Under the pieces are notes generated by a model, which was given only the letters and a program-made list of their open reading frames with translations, was not told the DNA's origin and did not search any database. 64,000 nt of DNA from Mobula hypostoma (taxonomy: Eukaryota): NCBI RefSeq assembly GCF_963921235.1, contig NC_086108.1:77874001-77938000 (forward strand), written 5' to 3'. Within the stretch, counting starts at the first letter, position 1. Every line of letters begins with the position of its first letter. This document shows positions 13,279 through 27,400 of the stretch, one piece after another. A program made the translations under genes and the position numbers.

Positions 13279-16048
13279 TGTTGTGTATTTAAAGTTTCGG
13301 TTATATTTGAGTAATCTTTTATATTAAGTGTAACACTCAGCTCTATCAACCCACGTTCGTCTAGGGGAAACCGCCGTCTGCCCGCCAAACTGTGTCTCAC
13401 GTTTGCATAGATGCTGTGTATGCACCCCAGCACAAGCCCACAATGTAAAATATCAGTCAGTACACAATGTACGTTTAAACGATTACACTTTATAAATTCT
13501 ACTGTGACTATGAGGTTAGTAGAGAAACAAAAATATAAAATAAAAAGGCGCCAAGAATAGAGATTATACAGTTTGTGCACAACGTTGGAGTTCACGCAAT
13601 ATCCTCGGTCCACCATTCAATTTCTTCCGAACTCCACGACCTTCGGACTGGGACCAACCACAGTGGTCTACCAGAGCACTTCCCACACGTCCTCGCTCTT
13701 CGCTTCTCCTCACTGAACTTCCCGCGTACTCACTCAGGTTCCCACACATACAGATAGAATAACATAACTTCCATTGGTTAATTCCCCATTGTGTACAATT
13801 ATAACCCAAACACTTAAGCTACAACATACATTACCTCATCAGTTAACATTACAAAGAAGCCAATTAATTATAACACTTCAGAGAAGCCATTTTATTATTA
13901 GCAGTTAACAGTTAACATTACAGTTAATATTACTGAGAAACCTACATAAGCTTTTTGGTTCATTAAAATAATCCATTATGGGTTAAATGTACAAATACAT
14001 GAATTGCATATGTCATCACACTACCACGTGATATACGCGTGCCTTGCTTAAAATGAACGCAAAGTTTGGCCTGCATTCCCGGACACCTGCATCTTCCTTT
14101 GAATCAGATTTATGTTTTGAAGTTACGAAACATATCATTGGTGGTGAGGTATTTATAAAATGAACCTGAGATGGCTACCTACCCGTTGAAGCACAATGAG
14201 GCATTCAAATTTTTAAATAAGCACAGTAAGGAACAGTGAGTGAAAAGCACAGCTCAGCACATGTTCTTCAGAAAGGAAGACATGATCATTTTAAAAAAGT
14301 ATTAAAGAGAAGAATTCATGGGTTCATAAAGAGTGGGTACTGGGTAATAATAATAATAAATAAAAGCAGAAAAGGCTGGCTACGTCAGAAAGATCGACAA
14401 ATTTGATTACATAACAGGTAACTGGCTCATATATACTGGGCTAATTCAGCAATATTTTGAAGCAAGTGAAATATCCATTGAGAAATGAGTACCAATTTTG
14501 CAGAGTGCATTAGTTTTAAAGGCATACAGATTGCTTTGAAGTTTTACTGTTTCAAACAATTCAGCAAAAATGAGCTTTGCTGATATTGTCAGGAACTTTT
14601 AGGCCCAAGGCTATTGCTGATCGCAGATGGCTTTAGGTTTCAAAGTGGAATCAAAAATATGGGGAGCTCATTTCAGCGTATGTGGCTGAATTGAAGAGAT
14701 TGTCTGATCATTGTTAGTTTAGTAAAGGTCTTAATGATGGACTGAGAGATCATTTAGTTTATGGAATCTTACAAGAAAGCATTCAAAAATGGCTTGTAAA
14801 TAAAGCTCAACTTACATTTAAAAGAGCAGTTGAAATCACTGTTTCAATGGAAACTGCAGACAGAAACTCAATTGAGTTGCAGTCAGGAATGAAAATGAGT
14901 GTGAACAAAATTTAAATGTCTAACAGAAACCAGCCTTGCTGAACAAATTGTGTTACCACTGTGGCAGAGGCTCACATACACCAGACCAATGTAGGTTTAA
15001 AGGTGAAACTTACAGAAAGTGCAACAAAGTAGGTCATGCACAAAGAGCATGTCGGGCAGACAAAAATAAATGGTCTGCACAGGGAAGAGATAAATGTAAA
15101 AAGTCAAGTTGCAGGTTCCAAAAGCGTTCTAATCTGCAAGCTGTTGATGAACAATCTGCAAGCAACTAATAATGATGAGTGTGACACAGGACTGGCTAGC
15201 ATTAAGATTTACAATGTGAAAAATAACAATAGGCGAGCAATATGAGTTATACCATAAGTGAACAGCAAATTAATTAAAATGGAGTTAGACACTGGTTTGG
15301 CTGTTTCAGTCATTCCACAAAACAAGTTTGAGAAGCATTTCAAAAATATTAAACTGAAGCCTGCAGATATCCAACTAAGAACTTATACCAGAGAAAATAT
15401 GGGAATGACATTCAAACTGTGAAATACAACAACCAACAAGCTACATTGAGTTTGTATGTGTTAAAAACAGAAGGACCAGCATTGTAGGAAAGTGATTGGC
15501 TGAGACAACTATAACTTGATTGGCGATCCATCCACTATTTGCATGCCACATCCCCTGCGATGAAGTCAATGGAAAGCGAATTAAGAAAGGTACTGGATGA
15601 TGCCGCAGTAGCTTTGAAGGATGCATTGGAAAGCTCAGGCATATAAAGGGTAAAATTGTGTTAGATGAAAATGCCCCACCCATGTTTTGCAGGACATTTC
15701 GGTTCATTACACCATCCGTGATAAAGTAGCCAGTGAGCTAGATCACAAGGAGGCTGAAGGAATTCTTTTGAAGGCTAAGTTGGGCCAATGGGCAATATCA
15801 GTGGTCCCAGTAGCCAAGAAGAATAGATCGCTCAGGATCTGTGGTGATTTTAAAGACACCAACAATCCATTACTGAAAGTAGATCAATACCCCCTACCCA
15901 GGAAGAGGGTATCTTTGCCTTTCTGGAGGAAAACACTTCAGCAAAACATACCCAGTGGAGGCCTACTTGCAAATAGATATAGAAAAAGAGTCCAAAGTAT
16001 TTCTCACCATTAAAAACTCGCAGAGGGCTTTATCGCTATAATAGGCCT
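13279..16048 (+). mobile_element. Mag-like Gypsy LTR retrotransposon, 5' half (5' LTR 13279-14137, PBS, gag, protease, start of RT)
   Basis: TG...CA LTR homologous to 38051-38279; PBS-like ttggtggtgagg at 14138; double knuckle CYHCGRGSH..C / CNKVGHAQRAC; LRICGDFK...DQYPLP. Confidence 0.88.
13329..13946. mobile_element. Solo LTR inserted inside another LTR
   Basis: TGTAAC...CCTACA termini, 4-bp TSD taag (13325-13328/13947-13950); host LTR rejoins across it. Confidence 0.8.
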
Positions 16049-16049
16049 A

Positions 16050-17720
16050 GAGTCAGAGAGTCATAGTCATAGAAAATTACAGTAAAGCAACAGGCCCTTC
16101 AACCCATCTAGTCTGTTCTAAACAACTTAAGCCGTCTACTCCCATTCACCTGCACCGTGAACATAGTCTTCCATACCCCTATCAACCATGTATTTATTAA
16201 ACATCTTTCAAACATTTAAGTCAAGTTTGCGTGCACTACTTGTGCTGGTAGCTTGTTCCATGTTCTCACAACACTCTGAGTGAAAAAGTTTTCCCTCATG
16301 TTCCCCTTAAACTTTTCACCTTTAACCCATGACCTCTAGTTGTTAGCCCACCCAACCTCAGTGGAAAAAGCCTGCTTGCATTTTTCCTATCCATACTCCT
16401 CATAACTTTGTATACCTTAATCAAATCACTTTGCTATCTTTTACGTTCCAAAGAATAAAGTCCTAACCTTTTCACAATCTTTCCTTATAACTCAGGTCCC
16501 GCAGGCCTGGAAACATCCTTGTAAATTTTCTCCGAACTCTTTCAACCTGATTTACATCTTTCCTGTAGATAGCACACAATACTTCAGATTAAGCCTCACC
16601 AATGTCTTGCACAAGTTAAACAAAACATCCCATCTCCTGTACTCAGTACTTTTATTTTTGAAGGCCAATGTGACAAAAGCTTTTCTAATGACCCTATCTA
16701 TCTGTGACACCATTTTCAAAGAATTATGGACCTGCGTAAGACCTACCCTAGTTAGTCCTAGTGATGTGCAACACCTCACACTTGTCTGCATTAAGTTCCA
16801 TCTGCCATTTTCAGCCCATTTTTCCAGCTGGTCCAGACCCTGCTGCAAGCTATGAGAGCCTTCCTCACCATCCACTACACCCCTAATCTTGGTGTCATCC
16901 ACAAATCTGCTGATCCAGTTAAGCACATTATCATTCAGATCATTGATACAGAAGACAAACAACAATGGGCCCAGCACAGATCCCTCTGGCACTCCACTCG
17001 TCATAGGCCTCCAGTCAGAGAGGCAATCATCTATTCCCACTCTCTGGCTTCTCCCACAAAGCCAGTGTCTAATCCAGTTAACTACCTTATCTTGAATACT
17101 GAGCAACTGAACCTCTTGATCAACCTCCCATATAGGCCTCAATCAAATGCCTTGCCAAAGTTCATGTAGACAACATCCACTGCCTTGCCTTCATCAACTT
17201 TCCTGGTAAATTCCTCAAAAAACTCTATAAGATTAGTTAGACATGACCTACCACATATGAAACCGTTCCGACTATCTTTAATCAGTCTATGTCCATCCAA
17301 ATACTTATATATCTGGTCCCTCAGAAAACTTTCCAATAATTGTTCCACTACTGATGTCAGGCTCACTGGGTAATAATTTCCTGGTTTATTTTGAGTGTTT
17401 TTCTTTAACAGCAGAACAACATTAGCTATCCTCCAATTCTCTGGTACCTTATGTGTGGCTAGGGATGATTTAATTAACCCTGCGCAGACTCCAGCAGTTT
17501 CTGCACTAGTCTCCTGCAGGGTCCGGGGGGGACACCTTGTTGGGCCCTGGGGATATATCCACCCTAATTTGCTTCGAGACAGCAAACAACTCCTCTTTTG
17601 TCATCCGTATCGGGTCCATGAAGTTGATGCCACTTTGCCTGATTTCTATGGACTCTGTCTCTTGAGTAAATACAGTCGCAAAAAATCCTTCTAATATCTC
17701 CCCATATCTTTTGGCTCCAT
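16050..17720 (-). mobile_element. CR1 LINE RT and 3' UTR
   Basis: GVPEGSVLGP, RFVDDTK, GRSCLTNLIEFFE. Confidence 0.9.
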
Positions 17721-17877
17721 CACAAACAAGAGAGAATCTGCAAATACTGGAAATCCAAGCAACACACACAAATACTGGAGGAACTCAGCAGGCCAGGCAG
17801 CATCTATGGAAAAAAGTACAGCCGACGTTTCATCATGAGCTTATATTTCATCTGGGTAGCCTCCAGCCTGATGGCGT
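17721..17877. mobile_element. Penelope fragments in inverted arrangement
   Basis: Minus-oriented terminal repeat followed by plus-oriented ctgggtagcctccagcctgatggc (cf. 34518-34541). Confidence 0.65.
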
Positions 17878-20800
17878 TGAAGCACCTTCAATAACTCCAA
17901 AAGACTGAAGTTGCGTAAAATACTGAAAGGCTTTTATTCGCCGTACAATACGACCTCCATGGTGAGTGTCTGCCCCCGGACTGAGGGGGAGGGGCAAGGC
18001 CCAATCATCTTTATTCAGGAATCTGTGGGAGGAGCTACAGGGGCAGTCAGCAGAGGGGTGTGTCCAGACAGGTAACCCAGTTACAACATATATATGGTTT
18101 ACCACATTCACCCCTCCTTTTTTAAAATGAGTCCCGCGGGGTGAAGTGACTGACAATATTTAAAACAAGTATATTTACGGGTCAAGTCTATCAGGCAGTC
18201 AAGTCTGTCGCTGTGATCTACGTAGCACCGGCGGTGATTGCGTTGGCGATGGCGGTTGTGCTGGCTCTGGCCTGACTTGAGGTGCCAGCACATTAGGCGT
18301 TGTTAATCCCTCGTGCGTGTGCGTCGCGCCCGGTATGGGAGTGTCGTGTGGTGTCTGTGTAGGGCTTGGAGTGCGCGGTGTCTCGGGGGTATATATATCG
18401 GCGGATACGGGGTTAATAGTCACCACGGAGTGTTCAGGGCAGGGGCCCGGTGCTCCTGCGGGCACCAGGTCGCGGATGGAGACCGTGTCCCCCCGCCCAG
18501 CAGGTAAAACCACGTAGGCATACTGGAGGTTCACATGAAGTAAGTGAACCCTCTCGACCGTCGGGGAGTATTTATTGCACCTCGCATGTTTCCGGAGCAG
18601 CACTGACCCCGGACACATCAGCCAAGTTGGTAGGGTGGTCCAAGTGGTCGACTTTCTGGGAAAAGAAAAGAGCCGCTCATGAGGGGTGGCATTGGTGGCT
18701 GTGCATAACAGGGAGCGGATGGAGTGGAGTGCCTCGGGAAGGACCTCCTGCCAGCGAGAGACCGGCAGTCCCTTTAACCTGAGGGCTAAAAGTGTGGCTT
18801 TCCACACCGTGCCATTCTCCTTCTCCACCTGTCCATTCCCCCGGGGATTATAGCTCGTGGTCCTACTAGTTGCAATTCCCCTAGCCAGTAGATATTGGCG
18901 CAGCTCGTCACTCATAAACGAGGACCCTCTGTCACTGTGGATATAGCATGGGTATCCGAACAGAGTGAAGAACTTGCGCAGGGCTTTTATAACTGAAGTG
19001 GTAGTGGTGTCGGGGCAGGGGATGGTGAAGGGGAACCGTGAGTACTCGTCGATAACGTTAAGAAAGTACACATTGCAGTCGGTGGAGGTAAGGGGGCCCT
19101 TAAGGTCAACACTCAGTCGCTCAAAGGGGCGGGTGGCCTTGATTAGTTGTGCCTTTTCGGGTCGGTAGAAGTGCGGTTTGCACCCTGCGCAGACTTGGCA
19201 GTCCCTGGTCATCATCCTGATCTCCTCAAGGGAGTAAGGCAGGTTCCGGGCTTTCACGAAGTGGAAAAGCCGGTTGACCCCCGGGTGGCAAAGATCTACA
19301 TGTAGGGCGTATAGCCGGTCGATCTGCGCGCTGGCGCACGTTACCTGGGATAGGGCATTGGAGGGCTCGTTGAGCTTCCCAGGCCTGTACATGATGTCAT
19401 AGTTGTAGATGGAGAGTTTGATTCTCCACCTCAGAATTTTATCATTTTTGATTTTGCCCCGCTGTTGGTTACTAAACATGAATGCGACTGAACGCCGGTC
19501 AGTTAGCAGGGTGAACATTTGCCGGCGAGATAGTGCTTCCAGTGCCTAATAGCTTCCACTATGGCCTGGGCCTCTTTCTCCACCGCGGAGAGCCAAATGT
19601 CAGGGCCTTGAAGAGTACGGGAGAAGAACACCACTGGTCTTCCCGCCTGGTTGAGGGTAGCAGCCAGTGCAAAGTCAGAGGCGTCACTCTCTACTTGGAA
19701 GGGAATGGCCTCATCCACCGCATCCATTGCTGCTTTGGCAATGTCCCCTTTTATACGGCTGAAGGCTGCACGGGCCTTGGCAGAGAGGGGTAATGTGGAG
19801 AACTTGACCAGGGGGTGGGCCTTGTCTGCGTAGTTAGAAACCCATTGGGCGTAATATGAAAAGAAGCCCAGGCACCTTTTGAGGGCTTTGAGGGTGTTGG
19901 GAAGAGGGAGTTCCAACAGGGGGCGCATACGGTCAGGGTCAGGGCCAATGACTCCATTCTCCACGACACACCCAAGGATAGCAAGTCAGTTGGTCCAGAA
20001 TACACACTTGTCCTTGTTATAGGTGAGATTGAAATTTTTGGAGGTTGTCGTTGTGATCCTGCTGGTCGTGACCGCAGATGGTGATGTTATCCAGATATGG
20101 GAACGTGGCCTTCAGTTGCCGCTGGTCCACCATCCGGTCCATTGCCCTCTGGAAGACAGATACACCATTCATGACACTGAAGGGGTCGCGCAGGAATTGA
20201 TAAAGCCTGCCGTCCGCCTCGAAGGCAGTGTAAGGGCGGTCCTCCCGGCGGATGGGGAGCTGATGGTAAGCAGATTTTAGGTCTATGGTTGAGTACACCT
20301 TGTACTGTGCTATCTGATTGACCATATCCGCGATGCAGGGTAGAGGGTACGCGTCGAGCTGCGTGAACCTATTGATGGTCTGGCTATAGTCCACGACCAT
20401 CCTATTCTTCTCCCTGTTCCGAACAACCACCACCTGCACCCTCCAAGGACTTGTGCTTGCCTCAATAACCCCCTCCCTGAGCAGCCGCTGCACCTCCGAC
20501 TTAATGAAAGCTCTGTCCCCCGCGCTGTACCTCCTGCTTTAAGTTGCCACGGGTTTACAGTCGGGGGTCAGGTTGGCGAACAGCGGTGGGGGAGGGATCT
20601 GGAGGGTGGAGAGGCCGCAAGTGGTGTCGGTAGTGCGGCAGTTGGCACTATGTTGGGTGGGAGTGCGGGTCGGTGTGTGTGTGTGGTCAGTAGCGGGGTA
20701 TGTGACGTATTCCTACAAAACTGGGGATTTACAACAGTGATTGGTGGGAGGGGCCCATCATACTCCATTGTCACGCTTTTCAGGTAGCTCTGGAAGTCGA

Positions 20801-21135
20801 GCCCCAATAGCACAGGGGCACACAGTTGAGGCATGACCAGTAACATAAAGTCTCAATATTCTGTGCCCTGCACCACTAGTGTCACTACACAACCCCCCCC
20901 CCCCCCCGGATGTCTGTTGTATGCAACCCAGAAGCTATGGTGACTCTCTGACTTACCGGCCATATCATGAGTCCGCAGTGCTGCACCATGTCCAGTTGGA
21001 TAAAACTCTACGTGCTGCCTGTGTCAAACAGGCAGCTTGTCCTGCGCCCCTCCACCAGGATGTCCATCATTGACCTTGCGAGCTGGTGGGGAGCACTTTG
21101 GTCGAAGGTCACAGAGGCCAGGGTTGATCAGCTGC
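17878..21135 (-). mobile_element. Ty3/Gypsy LTR retrotransposon, 5'-truncated (PR-RT-RH-IN, PPT, 3' LTR 17878-18106)
   Basis: TG..CA LTR with AATAAA; purine tract at about 18107-18123; domain order PR-RT-RH-IN; CpG-rich. Confidence 0.95.
18199..21130 (-). pseudogene. Gypsy pol, frameshifted (integrase 18199-19518, RNase H 19503-19964, RT 20017-20493, protease upstream)
   Basis: HHCC zinc finger, IHSDRGSSF, GNGQVEKEN, ESDASDFAL, IDLKSAYHQL, YLDN. Confidence 0.9.
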
Positions 21136-21456
21136 ACCTTACCCCCGAGATTCGGCAGAGTCAGAATGAAAGAGGTTGTGATCCTGGAGGACTGTCAAGA
21201 GTATGAAAGAATACCATCAAAACATGGATGAGAATATTAAGATCAAGTAATTGCTTTATCAGGAGATGTAATAGGTCAGGCATACAGAACGCCTGAAGTA
21301 AATTTTATGTATTGTCATGTTTCCAGAGACAAAACTATTGAGGTTTTCCATGATTCTTTGGTGGTAAGGAAGGTATAGATAAGGGATTCAGTAGCAGATA
21401 AGGTGAGGGAGGAGTAGAAAAGGGCAGTACAGTTTTACAGAGATTATTATATGTTG

Positions 21457-21610
21457 GCCCTTGGCGAAATGGTTAAGGCGTTCGTCTAGTGATCAGAAGG
21501 TCGCTAGTTCGAGCCTTGGCTGTGGCAGTGTGTTGTGTCCTTGAGCAAGACACTTAACCACACATTGCTCTGCGACGACACTGGTGCCAAGCTGTATGGA
21601 TCCTAATGCA
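21457..21610 (+). mobile_element. Truncated tRNA-CORE SINE
   Basis: tggcgaaatggttaaggcg...gttcgagcc, same family as 1321-1622. Confidence 0.8.
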
Positions 21611-23776
21611 GGGAAATTGGAGCAGTTTAGGTAGGTATTGACGAATTGGGCTGAAGGGTTTGTTCCCATGCTGTACGACTCCATGGTTCTAAGAGAAATA
21701 AGATATGACCAAGGATGGACTCTTAAAGACATCAAGAGAGCAAGTTTGGGAGGGAGAAAACAATCGATTGTAAAGGATTCTCTAGCTAAGGCTCAATGTA
21801 TAATAACAGAACCAAGCCATGATCAAATGAATGCCCACCCATTCACAGAGATAACAAAGGAGAAGTATTAGGCAATAATGGTGTGGTTAACAATCCAAAC
21901 AGACAAGAAGAACAAGGAAGGGTAAATTCCCTTTGTTATAATTACATAGTAAGGCAGTAGTATTTTTAATAAGGGATATTTTGTTGGATGGCAATACAGA
22001 AAATCTGATTGAAGGAGCTCAGATACAGAATTCTGGGTAAGTTAGAGATAGACTTAGCTGTATTAGAATGTTTGGAGAATTTGGAGAGACAAAAAAACCT
22101 GGAGCTGGGTAATGGTGAAACTGGTCCTTAGCGATAACACAGAATGGGTAATAACAGGTTGTAGTTTAAATGCATACCTGATTTCCTTCTTGGAAATATT
22201 GAGGAAACACCCAAGGTGCTGTGTGATATGCACTGAGGTATTACAGGCCAAACATTTCCCAACCCCTAAGAATTGCGTCCTTTTCATTGGTTAGCAGAGT
22301 CAGTGAACCTTGTTCAATAATTCAGTTGTAAACAAGGTAATGTGAATATCAATCTAGTTTCAGTATGAAGAATGGGAAGCCTTGCTTGAGCTTCACCTCT
22401 GCTTCACTCAGATTCCACTGCTACCCCAACCGCAAATTTGCACATACCAGTTACTGAACCTAATAACTGGCCTGTAGGGAATACTTCATAAAATTATAAG
22501 CCATTTTTACAGATCATGGATAAGTTGGTTGAATGAGTTCAAGGGCTTATCTAGGTTAAGATTTTGATCAACAAACTTTATTGCAAAAGCTTTAAATAAT
22601 CATTCTAAGATCTATGTGTGCTGTTTTAGTGCAGAAGTTGAAACAAATTGTTCAACACCTGCTTATAAAAGACATTAACATGGTTGTAGTACAAATATAT
22701 AGAATGTCTCTCTGCCTGCCTCACTGCTTGGAATTTCCTATAATATTTGTGAGCCAACTCTCACACTTCCCCAAAGGAAAAAGAAGAATGATGCATTATT
22801 AATTTCCAATCCTGATAAGAAATAAAAATAATACAATATAACATAGCAGCAGTCAGAACGCTAGGGTAATATCTCTACTAGTTAAAATATAAATCTGGTA
22901 TTTATTATGGTCACCATCAAGAGTGGGAAAGACTTTAGTTCCAAATGCAAATTGTGGCCATTAAGCACAACTTTTTCATGTTTTTGACCTTGTCATTGAA
23001 TCTATTTAAATTATTCAATAGGGAGTACTTAACCATTCATTTAATTTTTATATAGGAGTGCAGGGGTCTATATTCAAGGCTTTTGAATTCTCAACTAAAA
23101 TGTGGCTGGAAACCACCCCCCCCCCACCCCGAAGGAAATTGTAATAGATCCTTAATTTAGGAGATTAGAAATATAGTAAGGTTTAACTTATAAGGACAAG
23201 CTGCATAGAGCAGTTTTGTAATCTTTTAGGTATGGAAGATTAAGGGGTGCTTAAAGTGATTAAAGTAATTTCTGGCGTTGTTAGGGATAAACTGCTTAAT
23301 CTTCTAGGGAATGTATAAAATGCATAACCTTAAATTTAGAGCAGGTGCATCCAGTTCTTGTATCGGTAAATATTTCTTCATGTAAAAGGCAACAAAAATC
23401 CAGAACTCAAGTATTATTTAGATGACAATAATAGAGAATTGTAATATTCAGAAACATTTTTTTGCTGAATAAATGTATGTAAGGTTATTGGTCGAAGGTG
23501 GGTTGATTTTGTAGTTGAGGGACTGGGCGTAAAATGGATTAGTAAATAAGATCAGAAATGGGCCTGTGTTCTCAAACCTGTTCTGCCATGTAATGCCATG
23601 ACGAATGCTTTATTTGAAGAAATTTTCTCAGCCAAAGATGAAGCAACATGCCAGACACTAATCAACTCAACTGCTGCAAGTACAATTTTCAAGTCCTCTT
23701 TGAGAGCAGAGTTTTAATTTTGAGCAGTAATTGACCAAACTGGGGATGTTCCTCTTGGAAAATAAAGAAGATTGAA

Positions 23777-24170
23777 ATGAGATGCATCAAGTATTCCCAC
23801 TATCCAGGTCATGACCTCGTCTCGCTGCGATCATCAGACATGAGACACAGAAGCCTGAACTCCCACTCTAACAGATTCAAGGACATTAACTTTCCTACAA
23901 CCATCATGTTATTGAACAACCTGCACAACCCTAATCCAATCTCAGCGATGGAACATAATGGACCACTTCTTGTACTACCATGGACATGTCTCTAATTGTG
24001 TGTTTTGCTTTACACTGTCTTTCTTTGGCAGTCTTTTTCTTCTTTCGCCGCTGTCTTCTTTAAGTGTAATTTATATTCTTTGTTTTTGTACCTACATACC
24101 TGTGATGCTGCTGAACATGTATGTCAACATACTTATGCACATGACAATAATCTCAATTGGACTTGATTTG
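23777..24170 (+). mobile_element. Old Rex/Babar 3' remnant
   Basis: RSLNSHSNRFKDINFP-like C-terminus; tail 'atgacaataatctcaattggacttg'. Confidence 0.5.
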
Positions 24171-24264
24171 ACTATGAGATATCTAGACTGGCTAAGCTGC
24201 AGGAATCTGCTTTTCCTTGCAGAGAATTCAATAACAATGCTCATAGATTTGAGATCATTGGTAA

Positions 24265-25129
24265 TGTTACACAACCGGCAACAATGAATATCAATCATGA
24301 CAGGTTATATAAAAACAACCAAACATTTATTAAACACGGATAAACAATAAAAAAAACAAACGAAAACCTTAACTGGAAGTTAACCGCTATGCGGCCATTC
24401 AACAAATCGCCACTCGGTACTGGTTCTTAAAGCGATAAATGCGAAAACAGTTCTTAAAGCGGTAAAGTCAAATACAGTTCTTAAAATGGTAAATTCGAAA
24501 GTCCATCAGATTTATACATTCAATTGGGAGAGACTTCTCTGGAGAAGGATTTCTTCATAGACGCAACTTTCCTGCTGGTTCTGTCCAAAAGGATTCACGA
24601 TGAAGGAAATAAACGGCTTAAAACAACTGACCTTTCTTCTGGCGAGAATATCCTGTATGAACTACCTTTCTCTTTTGGCAGGAGTTATCTTTGATGCAGG
24701 TCGCTACTTCTTCAACGAAGACTCAATAAGGTCGATCCTTTCTTAAACTGCCGCACGATACCAACTTCTCTTAATCCTTCAGGTCCTGTACTTCAATAAA
24801 GTCTTCACTCTCCAATACTACTGAAAAAGTACATCAACAAACCTGGCAGAAATTGCCAGTCCAGCACTATTGTACCTTACAATAGAACATAACACTCCTT
24901 TTTAAAAATGAAACTGGGTCATAAAACAAATACGCAACGGAACGGAGACACTGACGAACGTTCTAGCTGGGAAACTAATTGCGTCACCAGGGGTCTACAC
25001 TTTTATACCCATGGTGAACATCTCATCACGTGACCTCACATCGGCAGGAAAATTACATCAGGTGACCTCCAAAAGACCATTACATCATTCTCACAAGAAA
25101 GACACAAGATCTCCTTGAGGTATGTAACA
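24265..25129. mobile_element. Solo LTR (865 bp)
   Basis: Inverted termini TGTTACA...TGTAACA; near-TSD gtaa/gtag. Confidence 0.7.
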
Positions 25130-26119
25130 GTAGTAAGATGAGCTAAGCAAATACATGTATCTTTTTCACCCAAGGAATGAAATTTACTCCCTGAAATAGC
25201 TGTTCAGCATATTTTAACGTACCTGGAGAACTACTAGAAATGGTACAACTGACACGGCAAACTACTAAGTGTTGGGGTGTGAGGATAGTCTAATAGTTCT
25301 TTCTCTCTCTGAAATGAAGATAGTGGACCAAATGTCCTCTTTTGATAATTCTTCTATCAGTCACTGTATAAAATAATCAATACAATGAGGGAATGTTTCA
25401 TGAATGCAACACCATATTCTCAGTGTTATATAACATTGCAGCCTACGCTACCTTGGTCTCAATATTTCTTTAATTGTCCATATGAGGCGTGACACGCTGG
25501 CACAAACACCATTTATTACCCAACCTTTAAGATGGTAAATTTCCTTCTTACACTGTGGCAGTCAATCTGACAAGGGTGCTCCCAAAGTGCTGCCAGGCAG
25601 AGAGTACCAGGGTTTTAATCTGAGAACAGAGGAAAGAAACATGATTCCAAGTAGACACCGTGCAGATGCTTGTATCTAGAGCATCACAACGGATGCAAGG
25701 TTCAACCAAAACATCCACAATTTCCTTTCCTCTATAGATACTGCCTGATTCGCTGTGTTCCTCCAGCAGATTGTTGACATAATTCCATGTCTACATAGTA
25801 CGTGATGTAGAGGGGGAACTTGTAATGGTGGTCTTTCTCTTTACAGATGCTGCCATGTTTGCTGAGTATTTCCAACATCTTCATTATGTATTTCATATTT
25901 AAAGCAACTGCAATTTTCTTTTGACTGTGTCTGCTTCCGTGTTCCTGCAGGAAAGAAAATTAGCGGATTCACAAATTCAGCAGCTATAGCCAAGATTTTT
26001 CTATTTAATATAAAAACCTCACAAGATTGATTCAGCAAACTTCCACACATAATTGGCACAGCCCAATAAGGAGCTGATTGCATGAACTTGTAATTAAAGC
26101 TATAGTCACCATTTATATG

Positions 26120-27400
26120 AATAGAACATTGATCTGTACAGCACAGCAACAGGGCTTTTAGCCCATAATGTAGTGCCGAACAAATTAAATTATTGATCAA
26201 ATGGCTAACTAAACTAAATTCTTCTGCCTGCACAATGTCCATATCCTTCCAGTTTCTTCATATTCATGTGCCTATCTAAATGTCTCTTCAAACTCCCAAT
26301 GCATCATCCAGGCACTGCATTCCAGGCACCCACCACTTCCTGTGGGGAAAAAAAAAATGCCCGTCACAACCGCTTTGAAATTACCACCTCTCACGCTAAA
26401 TGCATGCCTTGGCATTAGAGATTTCAAAACTTGTTAAAAGATACTGTCTGTCTATCTATGCATTTCTTAATTGTATAAAATCTGTATCTGATCTTCTCTC
26501 AGCTTCTGCCGCACCAGAGAAAATAATATGTCCAACATCTCATTATGCACATGCCCTTTAATCTAGAAAACAACCTGGTAAGCCCTTTTGCACCCTCTCC
26601 AAAACCACTAAAATCCATGTCGACAACACCCATGGCTACACCTTCATCAATCACCTTTGTCAACTTGTCAAAAATCTAGATCAAGTTAGTAAGGCATGAC
26701 TTGCCCCACACAAAGCCATGCTGGCTCTCCTTAATTTGGCCACAATTTTCCAAATACTCATAAACCATATCTTAAGAATTCCCTCCAATAACTTCTCTAC
26801 TACTGACAGGATATTCACCAGTGATAATAGTTTCCAGGATTATCCCTTGTTCTCTTCTTGAATAATGGAACAGCTTTAGCTACTCACCAGTACTTTGGGA
26901 CCTCACTTGTGGTTAGTGAGGAGATTAGGGCTAAGAGGAAAATTGGATCAGCCATGATGAAATGGTGGAGTAGACTTGATGGGCCAAATGGCCTAATTCT
27001 GCTCCTATATCTTATAGTCCTGTGGTCTTATGGTCTCCCCTTATTGGACTATCTACATATTGATTTATGAAAGCCTCCTGGATGCACCTACATAATTCCG
27101 CACCATCTAGTCTTCTCGCACTCAGAAGGTCCCAATTTATATTAGTGAAGTTGAAGTTCCCCATGGTAACGACTCTATTCTTTTTCCACCTTTTCTTCAT
27201 GTGCCTGCATATCTGTTCCTCAATGTCCTGGTAGCTATTAGGGAGTCTGTTGATTAATCCCCTCAGAGGGATTGCACCCTTCTTATTTTTGAGATCTACC
27301 TATATAGACTCAGTGGATGAGCCCTCCATTATGTCCCTTCTGAGTGCAGATGTTATATTGTCCTTGATTAGTTGTGCCTCCTCTATCTTTTCTGAAACTT
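26120..27400 (-). mobile_element. Fragmented CR1 LINE
   Basis: VVTMGNFNFTNINW (EN) plus RT and 3' UTR pieces. Confidence 0.75.

Noticed and set aside
25951..25989. Terminal exon ERKLADSQIQQL* after an acceptor-like site
   Set aside because: No recognisable homology and no supporting upstream exon.
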